Below, piece by piece: positions 1 to 10,052 of a stretch of 64,000 bases of DNA (its first letter is position 1; every line of letters starts with the position of its first letter). This DNA is from Planctomycetota bacterium (GTDB lineage: Bacteria; Planctomycetota; Brocadiia; JAADGH01). The position numbers and the translations under genes are program-made. The notes under the pieces are model-generated. The model made no database searches and was not told the DNA's origin. It was given only the letters and a program-made list of their open reading frames with translations. The DNA lies in assembly GCA_040755855.1 (NCBI GenBank), contig JBFMAD010000004.1, positions 128,001-192,000 on the forward strand, in the 5' to 3' direction.

Positions 1-1672
1 AGACCCCACACGGCAGATACCGGTTATGCGCGAACAAGCGGCCAATCATAAGAATCCCGAAATACGAGAGGGAGAGCGTGAAGCCGATCGCCAACGCCAC
101 AAGGACATGACCGTGCTTCGAGTAAACGCCCAGCGGCACGGCGGCCAGGGCAAAAACGATGCAGGAGAAGGAGAGGGCGATCCGGTCGTGGATCATGATC
201 CTCAGTTCATGGGCCTCCTGCTGCTCGATAGCCTCGCAGCATCTTCTGTTGGCGTCCGCGCGTTCGGCCTTCCGTCCAGCCAGCTCCTGCTCTCCCTCCG
301 AGAGCTGCCGCTTGAGTTCTTCCCTCAATGTGGCCGCGCTCTCCAGGGCGAACTTCAGGTCCGTGATGCGGCCATCCACGTCCTTCAGCACCTGGCGAGC
401 GCTCTCATAGGCGTTTTTGGCTGAGGCGGTGTTGCTCTCCAGCCGGAGGATCATGTCCTTCAGCCCTGCGATCTCTGCGTTCAGGTCGCGGAGCCGCTTC
501 GCGTCGTCTTCAGGCGGGGCCGCCCCATCCTCCCCCGAGGGGGCGGCGCTGTCGCTGCTCGCAGTCGCTGATTCCGCGATGAGCTTTTGCTGCTCCTCCT
601 GTTTCATTTTCAATTCTACCGCCTTCGCGTCCAGTTCCTGCTTGAGGCGCTGCCAGTGCCTCTGCTGGGCGTGAACGGCTTCCGCATGTTCCCTTCGCGA
701 GGTCTCGAACTCCTCCACGGTGCGGCGATCCCTTTTCTCGCGGTCATCCAGATGGCCGAGCTTTGCCGTGATGTCCTTGACGCGCCCGTATATTTCCCTG
801 TTTTTCACATCAAGACCGTCTCGCGTCTGCGCCCAGTGTTTCCTCGCTTCCTCCGGATCGGGGAAGATTTCGCCATGCGTCCCTATCCTATCCCGAAGCT
901 TGGCGAGTGATTTCCACAATTTGGAGAGAGGTAGAAATTTGGGATCGCGGTAATTTTCCGTCTCCCCCGCCTGATTGATCGGGATGCTGACGTCAAACGT
1001 GTTGAAATGGATCGTCTTTACTTCCTCCGGTCGTTGGTAGTTTTGTTTTGTAAAGAACCCGTTCTCCAGGTGGAGGCGAGCATTGTCTCCCACCACGTCA
1101 ATTCGCCCCTGCTTGGCATCATAGGTCTCGGCTACAAACTCCAACGCCACTCGGTAGATCGAAATGCCGTGCAGCAACCCGTCCTCGTCCTGCTTGTCCA
1201 CATAGATCAACCATCCCTGGAGGCGGATGCGCTTCTTGGTCTTGCCGAGGTCCTTCGCCATGCGCGTCCATGTCTTCGCATCCAGGGTAATTGACTTGAT
1301 CTGCCGCTCGGAATAGGGAACAAGCAGTGCTATGACGAGAAACAACACCACGCTGAAGAGCACGGCGACGACCATCGTCGGCGTTACGATCATCTGCAGA
1401 TGCACGCCGCTACTACGGAGCGCCGTGATCTCGTTATCGGCCGAGAGACGCCCGTACGTCATGATGACAGCTATGAGAAGCGACAGGGGAATGGAGTAAG
1501 GAAACGACTGCATGGCAAGATGCGGAAAGACAAACTTCACCTCGACAATGTCCAGCCCCTCGTGGACGAGCCGTATTGCAAACCCGACGAAGATGATAAC
1601 CAACAACACCAAGAAGGAGATGGAGAATCCTCTCATCAGCTCCGAGGTGATATACCTGTGCAACGTCCGCAT
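1..1672 (-). CDS. LptF/LptG-family LPS export permease with large coiled-coil insertion (3' end runs off the window)
   Basis: Manually translated open frame from ATG at 1672: MRTLHRYITSEL...PYSIPLSLLIAVIMTYGRLSADNEITALRSSGV...IHDRIALSFSCIVFALAAVPLG. These are the N- and C-terminal YjgP/YjgQ motifs. Not in the ORF track because the stop lies outside the window. Confidence 0.9.
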   Translation of the reverse strand, partial: MRTLHRYITSELMRGFSISFLVLLVIIFVGFAIRLVHEGLDIVEVKFVFPHLAMQSFPYSIPLSLLIAVIMTYGRLSADNEITALRSSGVHLQMIVTPTMVVAVLFSVVLFLVIALLVPYSERQIKSITLDAKTWTRMAKDLGKTKKRIRLQGWLIYVDKQDEDGLLHGISIYRVALEFVAETYDAKQGRIDVVGDNARLHLENGFFTKQNYQRPEEVKTIHFNTFDVSIPINQAGETENYRDPKFLPLSKLWKSLAKLRDRIGTHGEIFPDPEEARKHWAQTRDGLDVKNREIYGRVKDITAKLGHLDDREKRDRRTVEEFETSRREHAEAVHAQQRHWQRLKQELDAKAVELKMKQEEQQKLIAESATASSDSAAPSGEDGAAPPEDDAKRLRDLNAEIAGLKDMILRLESNTASAKNAYESARQVLKDVDGRITDLKFALESAATLREELKRQLSEGEQELAGRKAERADANRRCCEAIEQQEAHELRIMIHDRIALSFSCIVFALAAVPLGVYSKHGHVLVALAIGFTLSLSYFGILMIGRLFAHNRYLPCGV

Positions 1673-1772
1673 CTACTTCGACCTCATGGCCGCTCGCATC
1701 TCACTTGGCATACGATTCCAGACACGGCGCATCCTTCCGCAACGGCGTCCCTGTAGTGCAATCAAAATCTAT

Positions 1773-1801
1773 AGTCTATCCGCCCATGCGTCGGATGTCA
1801 A
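1773..1801 (-). promoter_or_regulatory. sigma70-like promoter for the LptF/G gene
   Basis: TTGACA-N17-TAGACT on the minus strand about 100 bp upstream of the ATG. Confidence 0.55.
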
Positions 1802-1845
1802 GGAGTTTGCCAGGGAAATGGCGACACCCGCCCCAGCAATACGGA

Positions 1846-3873
1846 TCACTCGTATCGCAGCGCCTCGATCGGGTCCTGCGCGGCGGCCTTGTAAGCGGGA
1901 TAGATGCCGAAGAGAATGCCCACGGAGACCGAGAGCGTGAAGCCGAGGACAATAGCCCTGGCCGAGACGACCGTCGGCCAGTCCGCCCCCGGCGACAGCC
2001 AGCCCGCCAAGATGGGGATGGCCCCGGCGAAGATGCATCCCAGCACAATACCGAAGGCCCCGCCCGTCAGGCTGATGCCGACGGCCTCAATGAGAAACTG
2101 CCGCAGAATGTCCCGTCTGCACGCGCCCACGGACCGGCGGATGCCGATCTCCTTCGTCCGCTCCGTCACGGTGGCCAGCATTATGTTCATGATCCCTATG
2201 CCGCCGACAACAAGGGAGATCATGGCCGTGAAGCCGATGACCGTGTTAAAGATCCGCTGTGTGCGCTGGTGCTGCTCCAGGAGCTCCCGTGGGATGACGA
2301 TCTTGTAGTCGTCCACACTGCGGTGCCGGCGATCCATCACCGTCTCGATCACGCCGGCTGTCTGGCGTACCCGCTCGGCGGCCTTCACCTTGACGGCAAT
2401 CTCCGTGATCTCGCTAATGAGGGGGTCAAGCTTCGCCCGTTTCAGCGCGGCGGAAAGGGGGATATACACATCATGATTCAGGTCGCGCTCGCTAATCGCC
2501 TTGGCCGACCCCTCGGGCCGGACCTTCTCCTCCATAACCCCGACCACCACGTGCCACTCCTGGCCGATGCGGACGAGCCGATCCAGCGCGACATCATTGG
2601 CAAATAGTTCCTTCTTGGTATCCACACCCAGCACACACACCCGCCGGCACTCCGCCATGTCTTCTTCATTGATGAACCGGCCGCTGCTGACGTGGAAGTT
2701 GACCACCTCCTGATATTCGGGCGTGGTGGCGATGATCTTTGCCTTCGGTTTTTTGGCCTCATGGGTGAGGGGCACATTCATCGCCTTCATGGGCGCGGCC
2801 CGCTCAATGGAGGGGACGAGCGCGCTCAGGGCCTTCGCATCGTCCCAGGTAAGGCCGAGGGACAGCTTGCGGCGGGCCTCCATCAGCTCCTCGCCCTTCA
2901 GGTCCAGGTCACGGATGCGGATATTGTTGATGCCCATCTGCTCTATCTGCTGGATCGCCTGCTGCTTGCCGCCCTCGCCGATGGAGGACATGGCGATCAC
3001 AGCCGAGACGCCGAAGAGGACGCCGAGCATGGTGAGGGCGGTGCGCATCTTGTGGGCCATCAATCCCTCGCGGCAGCCGATGCGGACCATGTCAATCCAG
3101 CGCATCCTGCGGGGCTTCAGCTCCCCGGCGTCGTCGCCGGTTTCGATCTCGGCGATGTCATCAGGATCAACCTCCAGCGCGGCCTTGTCGGTTACCTTCG
3201 TGTCGCGGATGACCTTGCCGTCGCGCAGCTCGATAATGCGGTCGGCGTATCGGGCCAGCCGCGCGTCGTGGGTAACCATGATTACCGTGTTGCCGGCCTC
3301 GTGGAGCTTGCGGAAGATCGCCATGATTTCCTGACCGGTGCGGGAATCCAGGTTGCCCGTCGGCTCGTCGGCGAGGATGATGCGGGGGCGGTTGACCAGC
3401 GCCCGCGCGATGGCCACGCGCTGCACCTGGCCGCCGGATAGCTCCGTGGGGCGGTGGTCAATGCGGTCGGCGAGGCCGAGGGCAGCGACGGCCTTTGCGG
3501 CCCACTTGCGGCGGAGTTTGCCGTCGAGGCCCATGTAGAGGAGGGGTAGGCCGACGTTCTCGCCGGCGGTGCTGTCGGGCAGGAGGTTGAACGTCTGGAA
3601 CACGAAGCCGACCTTCTGCCCGCGGATGCGGGAGAGGGCGGTGTCGTTCAGGCGGTCCACGCGTTCCCCGTCGAGGAGGTAGGCGCCGCTCGTCGGTCGG
3701 TCCAGGCAGCCGAAGATGTGCATGAGGGTGGACTTGCCCGAGCCGGACGGTCCCATAATGGAGACGAACTCGCCCTCGTCCACCGTCAGGCTCACGCCGT
3801 CCAGCGCGGCGATCTCAATCTCTCCCTTGCGGTAGACGCGGGTCAGGTTTTCGATCTTGATGATGGTCGGCAT
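1846..3873 (-). CDS. macB: MacB-type ABC transporter, fused ATPase + permease
   Basis: Walker [37 protein letters not shown] and [23 protein letters not shown]tsX/MacB motifs; ends DPIEALRYE. Start taken at MPTII. Confidence 0.92.
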   Translation of the reverse strand: MPTIIKIENLTRVYRKGEIEIAALDGVSLTVDEGEFVSIMGPSGSGKSTLMHIFGCLDRPTSGAYLLDGERVDRLNDTALSRIRGQKVGFVFQTFNLLPDSTAGENVGLPLLYMGLDGKLRRKWAAKAVAALGLADRIDHRPTELSGGQVQRVAIARALVNRPRIILADEPTGNLDSRTGQEIMAIFRKLHEAGNTVIMVTHDARLARYADRIIELRDGKVIRDTKVTDKAALEVDPDDIAEIETGDDAGELKPRRMRWIDMVRIGCREGLMAHKMRTALTMLGVLFGVSAVIAMSSIGEGGKQQAIQQIEQMGINNIRIRDLDLKGEELMEARRKLSLGLTWDDAKALSALVPSIERAAPMKAMNVPLTHEAKKPKAKIIATTPEYQEVVNFHVSSGRFINEEDMAECRRVCVLGVDTKKELFANDVALDRLVRIGQEWHVVVGVMEEKVRPEGSAKAISERDLNHDVYIPLSAALKRAKLDPLISEITEIAVKVKAAERVRQTAGVIETVMDRRHRSVDDYKIVIPRELLEQHQRTQRIFNTVIGFTAMISLVVGGIGIMNIMLATVTERTKEIGIRRSVGACRRDILRQFLIEAVGISLTGGAFGIVLGCIFAGAIPILAGWLSPGADWPTVVSARAIVLGFTLSVSVGILFGIYPAYKAAAQDPIEALRYE

Positions 3874-3913
3874 GGACAATCCGCTTCTTTTCAAGCCTTT
3901 CTGCCCCCGGACG

Positions 3914-3938
3914 TCGGAAGTCTGGCGACTTCCGCCAC
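3914..3938 (-). repeat. REP-like palindrome, copy 1
   Basis: Minus strand reads GTGG-CGGAAGTC-GCCA-GACTTCCG (8-bp stem); 21/22 match to the inverted copy at 6897-6918. Confidence 0.6.
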
Positions 3939-3943
3939 AGAAT

Positions 3944-5428
3944 TCACGGAAGACAGACGCCCTCCCCCTCCTTCAGCCCCTCCGTCACCACCACCTTGCT
4001 TCCCACCGTCCGGCCGGTCCGAACCTTGCGCTCGATCAGCCGACCGCCCTCAACCACCCGGACGAATCGGTCGCCGCCGCGTTCCACAATGGCGCTGAAA
4101 GGAATGGCGATGACATCCTTGAGTTCGGCCACGATGATCTCAACCGTCGCGCTCATGGTCGGCAGGAGCTGCTTGTCGCACTCCTCGATCTCCAGCGCCA
4201 CATCGAAGACCATGATGTTGGAGAGGTCCTTATTAAGCATCCCCTGCTTCTGTTCGTCACGGTCGGTAGCCAGGCCGGCAAGCCAAGTCACCCTGCCGTG
4301 ATATGTCCTGTCGGGCAGGGCCTCCACGCGGACGACGGCCTTTTGGCCGACGCCGATCCGCCTGAAGTCCACCTCATTGACGCGGGTGCGGACGGTCATC
4401 TTGCCCATCTGGGTGATGGATAAGAAGCCGTTGCCGCGCCACATGCTGTCCCCTTCATGCGGGCGGCCCCACTGCCCCCAGTAGAGCACCGTCCCCCCCG
4501 CCGGGGCCTTCACGACCGCGCTCGCCAGAATCTCGCGGTGAATGTCCAGCGATTCCTGCTTCCGGTTCAGCTCCGCCTGCGCCACGGCCGCCTCCGCCCT
4601 CTTGAGGTCCATCTGCGCCTGGGCGCTTCGCTCGATCTGGGCGAGCTTGACCTCCGCCTGTTTGACCTTCTCGCACGCGATCTGGATGTCGCCCTCCGGG
4701 ATTCCTTTCTCGATCAACTCAAGGATGATCTTCGCGTTTTCGTGGACGGCCCGTTCCCGTTCATACTTCAGGCGAGCGTCGGCCACGTCGTTTTCCGAGG
4801 CCACGCCCTGCTTCGCCAGTTTCTTTTGCCGGTCATACCGCTTGAGGGCGGTTTGCTCGGCCAGGGCGGCGTAGTCCACATCGAGCTGCGCGAGACGAGT
4901 CACCGTCTTTGTAGCCGCCTTCCAGTATGCCTCGTCCACTGCCCCCAGAGCCAACACGGAGGCGGCCGGCTTCCGTTTCAGCTCATCCAGTTCCAGCTTC
5001 GCCAGGTCGAGTTCTATCTGCGCCTTTCGCCGCTCGAACGTCAGGTCCTTCTCCGTCAGTTCGCAATCCGACCTGGCCTTTCGCAGGTTGGCCTGGACCG
5101 TCTTGATGGCGATCTCTTCCATCTCCATCTCTTCGCGGGCCTCGTCGTCGTTCAGCCGGGCGACGACGTCCCCCTTGCGCACCTCCGTCCCCTCCTTGAT
5201 TAACTCGACCAGCACGCCGCTGATGGGCGCGATGACGATCTCGTACTCCTTCGGCTCCAGCAGGCCGGTCTCCGTAATGGTCACAGGCAGTGCCTCCCGC
5301 GCAATAGTGATCGTCTGCTCCGCCTCCGGGCGGCCTGCCGAGGATCGGCCGGAGAGAAGGGCAAGAAGGCCGGCCGCCGATGCGACCACCGTAATAGCCA
5401 GCACATATCTACGCCGCTTCACTGCCAT
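3944..5428 (-). CDS. Efflux periplasmic adaptor (HlyD/MacA family), third in operon
   Basis: N-terminal TM helix, EGTEVRKGDVVARL lipoyl half, long coiled coil, VKAPAGGTV, GLKEGE end. Start MAVKRRR overlaps the upstream stop. Confidence 0.88.
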   Translation of the reverse strand: MAVKRRRYVLAITVVASAAGLLALLSGRSSAGRPEAEQTITIAREALPVTITETGLLEPKEYEIVIAPISGVLVELIKEGTEVRKGDVVARLNDDEAREEMEMEEIAIKTVQANLRKARSDCELTEKDLTFERRKAQIELDLAKLELDELKRKPAASVLALGAVDEAYWKAATKTVTRLAQLDVDYAALAEQTALKRYDRQKKLAKQGVASENDVADARLKYERERAVHENAKIILELIEKGIPEGDIQIACEKVKQAEVKLAQIERSAQAQMDLKRAEAAVAQAELNRKQESLDIHREILASAVVKAPAGGTVLYWGQWGRPHEGDSMWRGNGFLSITQMGKMTVRTRVNEVDFRRIGVGQKAVVRVEALPDRTYHGRVTWLAGLATDRDEQKQGMLNKDLSNIMVFDVALEIEECDKQLLPTMSATVEIIVAELKDVIAIPFSAIVERGGDRFVRVVEGGRLIERKVRTGRTVGSKVVVTEGLKEGEGVCLP

Positions 5429-6864
5429 TCCTCCGGGGCCATAAGGCTGACCTCCTCGCCGCCGCCAAGACCCTTCACAATGATGATCTTCCCCGCGGCG
5501 GTCTTGCCGGCCTCCACGGGGCGGGCCGCCCAACGTCGGCCCTCCCGGACATACACAATCGGCTGCCCATCCCGCTTGAACACGGCATGGAGGGGTACGC
5601 TGAGCACATTCTTCATCTCCTCGACAACGATCTTCACATCCCCGTTCAGGCCGGGTTTGAGGCGCTCGTCCTTCTCCTGGATTCGGACCTTCACCTTGAA
5701 GACGCGGATGCCCGACGATTCCTCCCCCCAGAGCCAGGCGCTCCGGCCGCGAGTTTCGCTTTTGTCAAGGGTTACATTCCCCACCTCGCACACCGAGCCG
5801 TGGAACTCGGCGTCCTTGATCGCGTCCATTTTAATGACGGCCGACTGGCCGTCCTTGATGAGACGGATCTGAGACTCCTCGACCCAGACCTCCGCCACCA
5901 TAGTGTGCAGATCGGGCAGGGAGACGATGGGGCTATGGGTCCAGATCGCCGATCCCTCCGTGATCTTCTCTTCGCCCGACCCCTGCCACACCTTGGAATA
6001 CACCACCGTTCCCGCACAGGGGGCCTTGACGTCTGCCGCGTCAACGGCCTCGGCCCGGCGCTCGCGCTCCTTCTTGGCAAGATCGAGGTCGGCCTCCGCC
6101 GCAGCGACGTCATCCTGGAGCTTTTTCGCCTCGTACTCGAGCTTCGCCTGGACCTGATCGAGCGCGACGCAGGCCAGGTCCACGGCCAGCCGCGCCCGCT
6201 TGATCTCAAATTCATCCGCACCCTTCGCTACCAAGTCATGGATCAGCGTCTTCCGCTCAAGGTTAATCTTTGCGTACTTCAGCTCGAGCTCGGCGATCTC
6301 CAGCTCCTCGTCAGTCTGATGGCCGCTCTGATGGAGTTTCCGCGCAGGTGCATAGTCCTCCTCCTCCAGCTTAGCCACCACCTTCGCCGTTTCAAGATCG
6401 GTCTCAACCGCCACCATATCGCTCGTCGTGGGAAGCGACTCGACCAGGCCGAGCTCCAGTTGCTTGATCTCCAGATCGGCCTTCTGCTTCTTCACCTCGG
6501 CGAGAAGCTTCTCCCCCTCGACGGCCAGGGTCTTCCGCGCCTTCTCCAAGTCCGCCGTCTCCTCCTTCACCCCGCTCTCGGCCTTTTTCAGATTGCTCTT
6601 GAGGTCCGCCTTGTCCAGCTCGACGAGGAAGTCGCCCTCCTTCACGTCCGTCCCTTCGGGGATCAGCTTCGTGATCTTAACGCTCCCCCGCGCCCCGTAG
6701 AGGTTGGGCCGTCGGACGGTCACCGCCTTCTCCGCCGCCAGCTCGCCGCGCAGATCAACCGAGAGCGTCAGGTCGCCCCGCTCCGCCCTACCCGTTCGGG
6801 GGGAGGAGGATGGAGCCTCGCCGCCGCATCCCGCCATGGTAAGCATGGCGATACAAAGGATCAT
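5419..6864 (-). CDS. Efflux periplasmic adaptor (HlyD/MacA family), second in operon, possible lipoprotein
   Basis: PEGTDVKEGDFLVELD, VKAPCAGTVVY, LKPGLNG; lipobox-like MAGC. Start uncertain (ATG 6864 or GTG 6963). Confidence 0.85.
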   Translation of the reverse strand: MILCIAMLTMAGCGGEAPSSSPRTGRAERGDLTLSVDLRGELAAEKAVTVRRPNLYGARGSVKITKLIPEGTDVKEGDFLVELDKADLKSNLKKAESGVKEETADLEKARKTLAVEGEKLLAEVKKQKADLEIKQLELGLVESLPTTSDMVAVETDLETAKVVAKLEEEDYAPARKLHQSGHQTDEELEIAELELKYAKINLERKTLIHDLVAKGADEFEIKRARLAVDLACVALDQVQAKLEYEAKKLQDDVAAAEADLDLAKKERERRAEAVDAADVKAPCAGTVVYSKVWQGSGEEKITEGSAIWTHSPIVSLPDLHTMVAEVWVEESQIRLIKDGQSAVIKMDAIKDAEFHGSVCEVGNVTLDKSETRGRSAWLWGEESSGIRVFKVKVRIQEKDERLKPGLNGDVKIVVEEMKNVLSVPLHAVFKRDGQPIVYVREGRRWAARPVEAGKTAAGKIIIVKGLGGGEEVSLMAPEEWQ

Positions 6865-6893
6865 AAGCGCTCGCCTCGAAAAGGCGACCGCTC

Positions 6894-6918
6894 GCAGCGG
6901 AAATCGCCAGACTTCCGA
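6894..6918 (+). repeat. REP-like palindrome, copy 2
   Basis: GCAG-CGGAAATC-GCCA-GACTTCCG, inverted relative to the copy at 3914-3935. Confidence 0.6.
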
Positions 6919-6922
6919 TGAT

Positions 6923-6989
6923 GATTTCCGATTTGAGATTTTAAATTTGCGATTTTGATCCACGTTCCGCACTCTGCACTCCGCACTCC
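6923..6989. repeat. Two degenerate heptamer tandem arrays
   Basis: GATTTCC GATTTGA GATTTTA AATTTGC GATTTTG (6923-6957), then TTCCGCA CTCTGCA CTCCGCA CTCC (6965-6989). Confidence 0.65.
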
Positions 6990-7010
6990 CCGTTGCGGTG
7001 TGCCGACTTC

Positions 7011-8498
7011 TCACGGCCCTGTAATCTCCTTGTGCAGATCCCCCTCTGCCTCCCGCGCCGTGCGCTGCTCCGCCGAGAAACAGACGATCTGTCCCTCTTC
7101 GAGTCCGGATTTCACAACCACCATATCGTCGCATTCCGCGCCCAGCTCGACGGGGCGTTTTTCCGCACCGCCGTTGGATTTCAGGGTAACAAACGCCTTT
7201 CCATCTTCCTTGGATACGGCATCGAGCGGGACGACCAGTACGCCCGCGTGCGATTCCACCTGGATGTCCATCTTCGCCATCAGGCTCGGCGCCAGCCGGT
7301 TGTCGGACTGGTTAATGGCGACGGTAACCTCAAAGACCTTGATTCCGGACTCCTTTTTCTCCTGGCCCCATCCGAGAACTTCTCCCTCGGTCTTGTCCTT
7401 GGCGATCTTGCCCACCTCCGTCACTTGGCCGGTGAACTCCTCGCCAGGCAAGGCGTCTATGTGGACGATGACCTTCTGCCCCTTCGTAACCCGGTGGATG
7501 TGGTCCTCGCGGATCTTCGTTTTTACGATCATCTTCGAGAGGTCGGGCAGGTCCATGATGGCGCAGCCCTTCCACATCTTGACGCCCTTCGCAATCTTCT
7601 TCTGCTCCACGGTCCGGTAGACCACCATCCCATCCACGGGCGCGGTGAGTTCGGTGTTCTGGAGGTCTTTCTCCTTCTGATCCAGTGTATTCTTGGCCTT
7701 CTCGGTCTGCGCCGTCTGCTTCTCGATGGTGGCTTCCAACTGTTTGATGGCGCCCGGCATGCCCTGCTTTGCCTGTTCGAGGGCGATCTGCGCCTGCTCC
7801 GCCTGCAGTTCCGCCTCGCGGATATTGTCGGGGTGCGCCCCGGCCTCCGTCACCCGCAGGTCGCTCTGGGCGCGGATGTACTCCGCCTCGGCCTCCTGCA
7901 TGGCCGAGATCATCCGGCGGATCTCCGCATCGGCAAGGATGCCCTGGCCCTTGAAGCGCATTGTGCGCTCGTACTCCTCTTTCGCCACGTCAAAGGTGGC
8001 CTTCGCGCGCCGCAGGGCCGATTCCTTCTGCCGCACGTCATCCGGCCGGGGCAGGCTCCGGAGGCGGGCCAGCTCGAGCCTGGCAATGGCGAGATCCGCT
8101 TCGTACGACTTGACCTCGGCCTCGAGCTTGTGCGTCTTCGCCTGCAGGTCCATCTCGGCCTTCTTGAGTTCGGCCTGCGCCACGGCGTGGTCGGCCCTGG
8201 CCGTGCGGTATTCGTCCTCGATCTCCTTCTTCTCGAACGCGACGATCGGATCGCCCTTCTTCACCATGCTTCCCTCCGGGACGACCCAGGTTATCGGCTT
8301 CCACCACAACGGCGCCGTCACGCGCACGGTGTGGGCGGCCTCCAACTTCCCCGTACCGCGAACGGTAATCCGCAAATCCGCCTTCCGCACCGGCACCGCA
8401 ATGGGATCCGGCCCGGTGATGGCCTCCGGCAGACAGGACCCCAAGCCCATCGTCAGGCACAGAGCAAGCGCCACAAGGGATAAAACTCTTCTCCTCAT
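7011..8498 (-). CDS. Efflux periplasmic adaptor (HlyD/MacA family), first in operon, probable lipoprotein
   Basis: Signal peptide with LGSC lipobox, PEGSMVKKGDPIV, LTAPVDGMVVY, SGLEEGQ. Confidence 0.9.
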   Translation of the reverse strand: MRRRVLSLVALALCLTMGLGSCLPEAITGPDPIAVPVRKADLRITVRGTGKLEAAHTVRVTAPLWWKPITWVVPEGSMVKKGDPIVAFEKKEIEDEYRTARADHAVAQAELKKAEMDLQAKTHKLEAEVKSYEADLAIARLELARLRSLPRPDDVRQKESALRRAKATFDVAKEEYERTMRFKGQGILADAEIRRMISAMQEAEAEYIRAQSDLRVTEAGAHPDNIREAELQAEQAQIALEQAKQGMPGAIKQLEATIEKQTAQTEKAKNTLDQKEKDLQNTELTAPVDGMVVYRTVEQKKIAKGVKMWKGCAIMDLPDLSKMIVKTKIREDHIHRVTKGQKVIVHIDALPGEEFTGQVTEVGKIAKDKTEGEVLGWGQEKKESGIKVFEVTVAINQSDNRLAPSLMAKMDIQVESHAGVLVVPLDAVSKEDGKAFVTLKSNGGAEKRPVELGAECDDMVVVKSGLEEGQIVCFSAEQRTAREAEGDLHKEITGP

Positions 8499-8663
8499 CG
8501 TATTCGCCCGCTATGCAGGGGGTGAAAAATGGCAAAGATATACTTCACGATACCAAGACGCGGCAAGGAGTGTCAAGGAGAAGAAATTGCCGTTGATCCC
8601 GCTCCTCATACAGGCATATAATCCCGTTGGAGCGGAGATGCAGGAGAAAGCGACATAAAGCCC

Positions 8664-10049
8664 ATGCGAACGATCATTACCGCCGCGGTCATGTGCTTGC
8701 TCTCAGCCCCCCTTCTCTGGTCTCAGGACCAGATCGAGCGCGGTCCGTACGGCGGGCTGAAGTTCGCCCAGTGGGAGGCTGCAGGGTTCTTCCGCACTCA
8801 CTTCGACGGCCGATGCTGGTGGCTCGTCACGCCGGAGGGCCGCCCGTTCCTTTCCGTCGGCGTTTGCGGGGTCCGCGAGACGGGTCACATGGCGCGCGGC
8901 CTCGGCTACGCCCCATACCAGCGTAACGTCATGAGAATCCACGGCAGCGTGGACCGGTGGAAAGAGGTCGCCCGCAGCCGCCTCCTCGACTGGGGCTTCA
9001 ACACTGTGGCCGCGTGGAGCCGGGACGACATGGGCCTGCCCTGGACGAAGTCGCTGAGCTTCAGCGGGGGACACTGGCTCAAGGGGACGCTCCCCGACTT
9101 CTTCAGCCGGGAGTATGCCGACCATGCCGAGAAACTGGCCGCAAAGCAGGCCCGGCCCGACGATAAGCTCCTCATCGGGTACTTCCTCGACAACGAGATG
9201 CAGTGGAATACCGATTGGCGCCTGGGGCCGTCGCTCTTCGATCACTACACGTCCCTGCCCGCCGACGCCGCCGGGAAGAGGGCCCTTGTGGATTTCTTCA
9301 AGGGGCAATACCCCTTCCCCACCGCGATGGCCGAGGTCTGGCATCCGTCTACGAAGGCATGGGAGGACCTCGCGGGAGTCGCGCAACTCATCCCCCGCCA
9401 GGGCCAGGAGGACCGCGCCGCGGAGGACCGGGAGGCATTCACGCTCCTCGCCGCCCGCCGGTACTTCCGCGTGTGCACCTCGGCCCTGCGCAAGGCCGAC
9501 CCGAACCATCTCATCCTTGGCTGCCGCTTCGTGAACTGGACCGTGCCGGAGGCGGTGGTGCAGGCGTGCGGCGAGTACTGCGATGTGGTCTCGCTGAACT
9601 TCTACGAGATCGGCCCGCTCGGGCAGGTGGTCTATCTGGCCAGATCGGCCATGAAAGTTCGCCTCATCTCGTCGGCCGACGCCTTCCGCCGGTTCCACGA
9701 GCTGACGGGCAAGCCGGTGATGATCACGGAGTTCGGCTTCCGCGCCATGGACAGCGACCCGCCGAACACCTATCCCCCGCCGCTCATCGCGCAGCCGACG
9801 GTCCCCACGCAGGCCGACCGAGGGCGGAAGTTCGAGAAGTATGTCAAGGAATGGGCCGCCACGGACTACATCGTCGGGTACCACTGGTTCTGCTACGAGG
9901 ATGAACCCAAGGAGGGCCGCACCCTCGATGGGGAGAATGGGAACTACGGTCTCGTCAACATCGAGGACAAGCCGTACGACGAATTCCTGAAGATCGCCGT
10001 CCCCGCCAACCGGGCCTTCATCAAGGCGCGACTGCCGAAGGAGGAATAG
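8664..10049 (+). CDS. Secreted glycoside hydrolase, GH50/beta-agarase-like
   Basis: Signal peptide; GFFRT...WWLVTPEG, LIGYFLDNE, DPNHLILGCRF, PVMITEFGF, IVGYHWF..DEP..GR..DGEN.NYGLV motifs. Confidence 0.75.
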   Translation: MRTIITAAVMCLLSAPLLWSQDQIERGPYGGLKFAQWEAAGFFRTHFDGRCWWLVTPEGRPFLSVGVCGVRETGHMARGLGYAPYQRNVMRIHGSVDRWKEVARSRLLDWGFNTVAAWSRDDMGLPWTKSLSFSGGHWLKGTLPDFFSREYADHAEKLAAKQARPDDKLLIGYFLDNEMQWNTDWRLGPSLFDHYTSLPADAAGKRALVDFFKGQYPFPTAMAEVWHPSTKAWEDLAGVAQLIPRQGQEDRAAEDREAFTLLAARRYFRVCTSALRKADPNHLILGCRFVNWTVPEAVVQACGEYCDVVSLNFYEIGPLGQVVYLARSAMKVRLISSADAFRRFHELTGKPVMITEFGFRAMDSDPPNTYPPPLIAQPTVPTQADRGRKFEKYVKEWAATDYIVGYHWFCYEDEPKEGRTLDGENGNYGLVNIEDKPYDEFLKIAVPANRAFIKARLPKEE

Positions 10050-10052
10050 CCG

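Noticed and set aside
26..1756. Plus-strand ORFs listed at the window start
   Set aside because: They are antisense shadows of the minus-strand LptF/G gene, which has clear family motifs.
3935..3957. CCACAGAATTCACGGAAGACAGA resembling a solo GxxExxY-type 9-mer arm
   Set aside because: Degenerate and overlapping the adaptor's last codons; may be chance.
1846..8498. MacB/adaptor operon as the exporter of the giant protein
   Set aside because: It lies 35 kb away, MacB-type systems are not type I protein secretion ABCs, and the giant protein lacks RTX motifs.
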